From NCBI RefSeq assembly GCF_963921235.1, contig NC_086101.1, positions 8,744,001-8,808,000 of the forward strand: DNA of 64,000 nt, in the 5' to 3' direction. Made by a program: the position numbers and the translations under genes. Within the stretch, counting starts at the first letter, position 1, and each line of letters opens with the position of its first letter. The notes beneath the pieces were generated by a model. That model was not told the DNA's origin. It did not search any database and was given only the letters and a program-made list of their open reading frames with translations. Positions 63,033 through 64,000 of the stretch are shown in pieces. The DNA is from Mobula hypostoma (taxonomy: Eukaryota).

Positions 63033-63439
63033 TAGAAACATAGAAAACCTACAGCACAATACAAGCCCTTTGGTCCACAAATTTGAGCCGAACATGTCCC
63101 TACCTTAGAAATTACTAGGCTAATCCACAGCCCTCTATTTTTCTAAGCTCCATGTACCTATCCAAAAGTCTCCACCACCGTTGCTGGCAGCCCATTCCAC
63201 GCACACAGTAAGAAACTTATCCCTGACATTTCCTCTGTACCTACTCCCAAGCACCTTAAACCTGTGCCCTCTTGTGGCAGCCATTTCAGCCCTGGGAAAA
63301 AGCCTCTGACTATCCACACGATCAATGCCTCTCATCATCTTATACACTTCTATCAGATCACCTCTCATTCTCTGTCACTCCAAGGAGAAAAGGCCGAGCT
63401 CACTAAACCTGTTTTCATAAGGCATGCTCCCCAATCCAG
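63033..63439 (-). mobile_element. CR1 3' fragment
   Basis: MRGDLIEVYKMMRGIDRVDSQRLFP and TTTCTA tail. Confidence 0.88.
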
Positions 63440-64000
63440 TAAGTCAAAATCGCGAGCGGGATTGAGCAGCGCCGCTTGCAAGACGTGGGGGTCGCCATCT
63501 TCCCTGCACGCCGCCACCACGTGCGAGACATGGGGGCGGCCATCTTGGTCGGCGCCACCACCCACCGCCTACGACCAACGGGTGCTCATGGGGCACCCCA
63601 CCGCCCCGGACCAAGATAGCGACCCCACCCTGGCTTCCGTGACCCTCGACCAAAGCGCTCCCCACCAGCTCGCAAGGTCATTGATGGATATCCTGGTGGA
63701 GGGGCACAGGACAAGCTGCCTGTTTGACACATGCAGCACGGAGAGTTTTATCCACCCGGACACGGTGCAGCATTGTGGACTCATGATACAGCCGGTAAGT
63801 CAGAGGGTCACCATGGCCTCCGGGTCGCATACAACAGACATCCGGGGTTGTGCAGCGACGTTAGTGGTGCAGGGCACAGAATATCGAGACTTTACGTTAC
63901 TGGTCATGCCTCAACTGTGTGCCCCTGTGCTATTGGGGCCTGACTTCCAGAGCCACCCGAAAAGCGTGACAATGGAGTATAATGGGCCCCTCCCGCCAAT
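63440..64000 (+). mobile_element. Gypsy LTR retrotransposon gag-protease region, open to the window end
   Basis: Open frame KSKSR...LVEGHRTSCLFDTCSTESFIHP...LCAPVLLGPDF: retropepsin motifs, with the D-T-G motif read as DTC. Confidence 0.85.

Overview
Vertebrate genomic DNA that is mostly retroelements. The repeat and gene families point to a cartilaginous fish, probably a ray (inference). One host gene is recognisable: a minus-strand RING/B-box/coiled-coil/PRY-SPRY TRIM gene with six coding exons (15425 to 3946). Its exon 2 is 94 nt, which frameshifts the transcript as assembled, and its stop codon lies about 20 bp from the tail of a Tx1-clade LINE. The rest is a nested stack of CR1 LINEs (several subfamilies, including CR1 inside CR1), L1, Tx1, RTE, Rex1/Babar, a HERO-like fragment, Penelope elements with minimal hammerhead ribozymes, V-SINE/HE1-like SINEs, solo LTRs, a miniature LTR element and Gypsy fragments. 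The most unusual observations are an RTE with a twin-priming-type 5' inversion, a ~470 bp inverted duplication that preserves the empty site of a 5 kb CR1 insertion, and dispersed exon-like or CTCF-like modules in a CpG-rich 33.8-48.9 kb domain. No prokaryotic system, CRISPR array, rRNA or bona fide tRNA gene was found. I cannot claim a new biological system with confidence.
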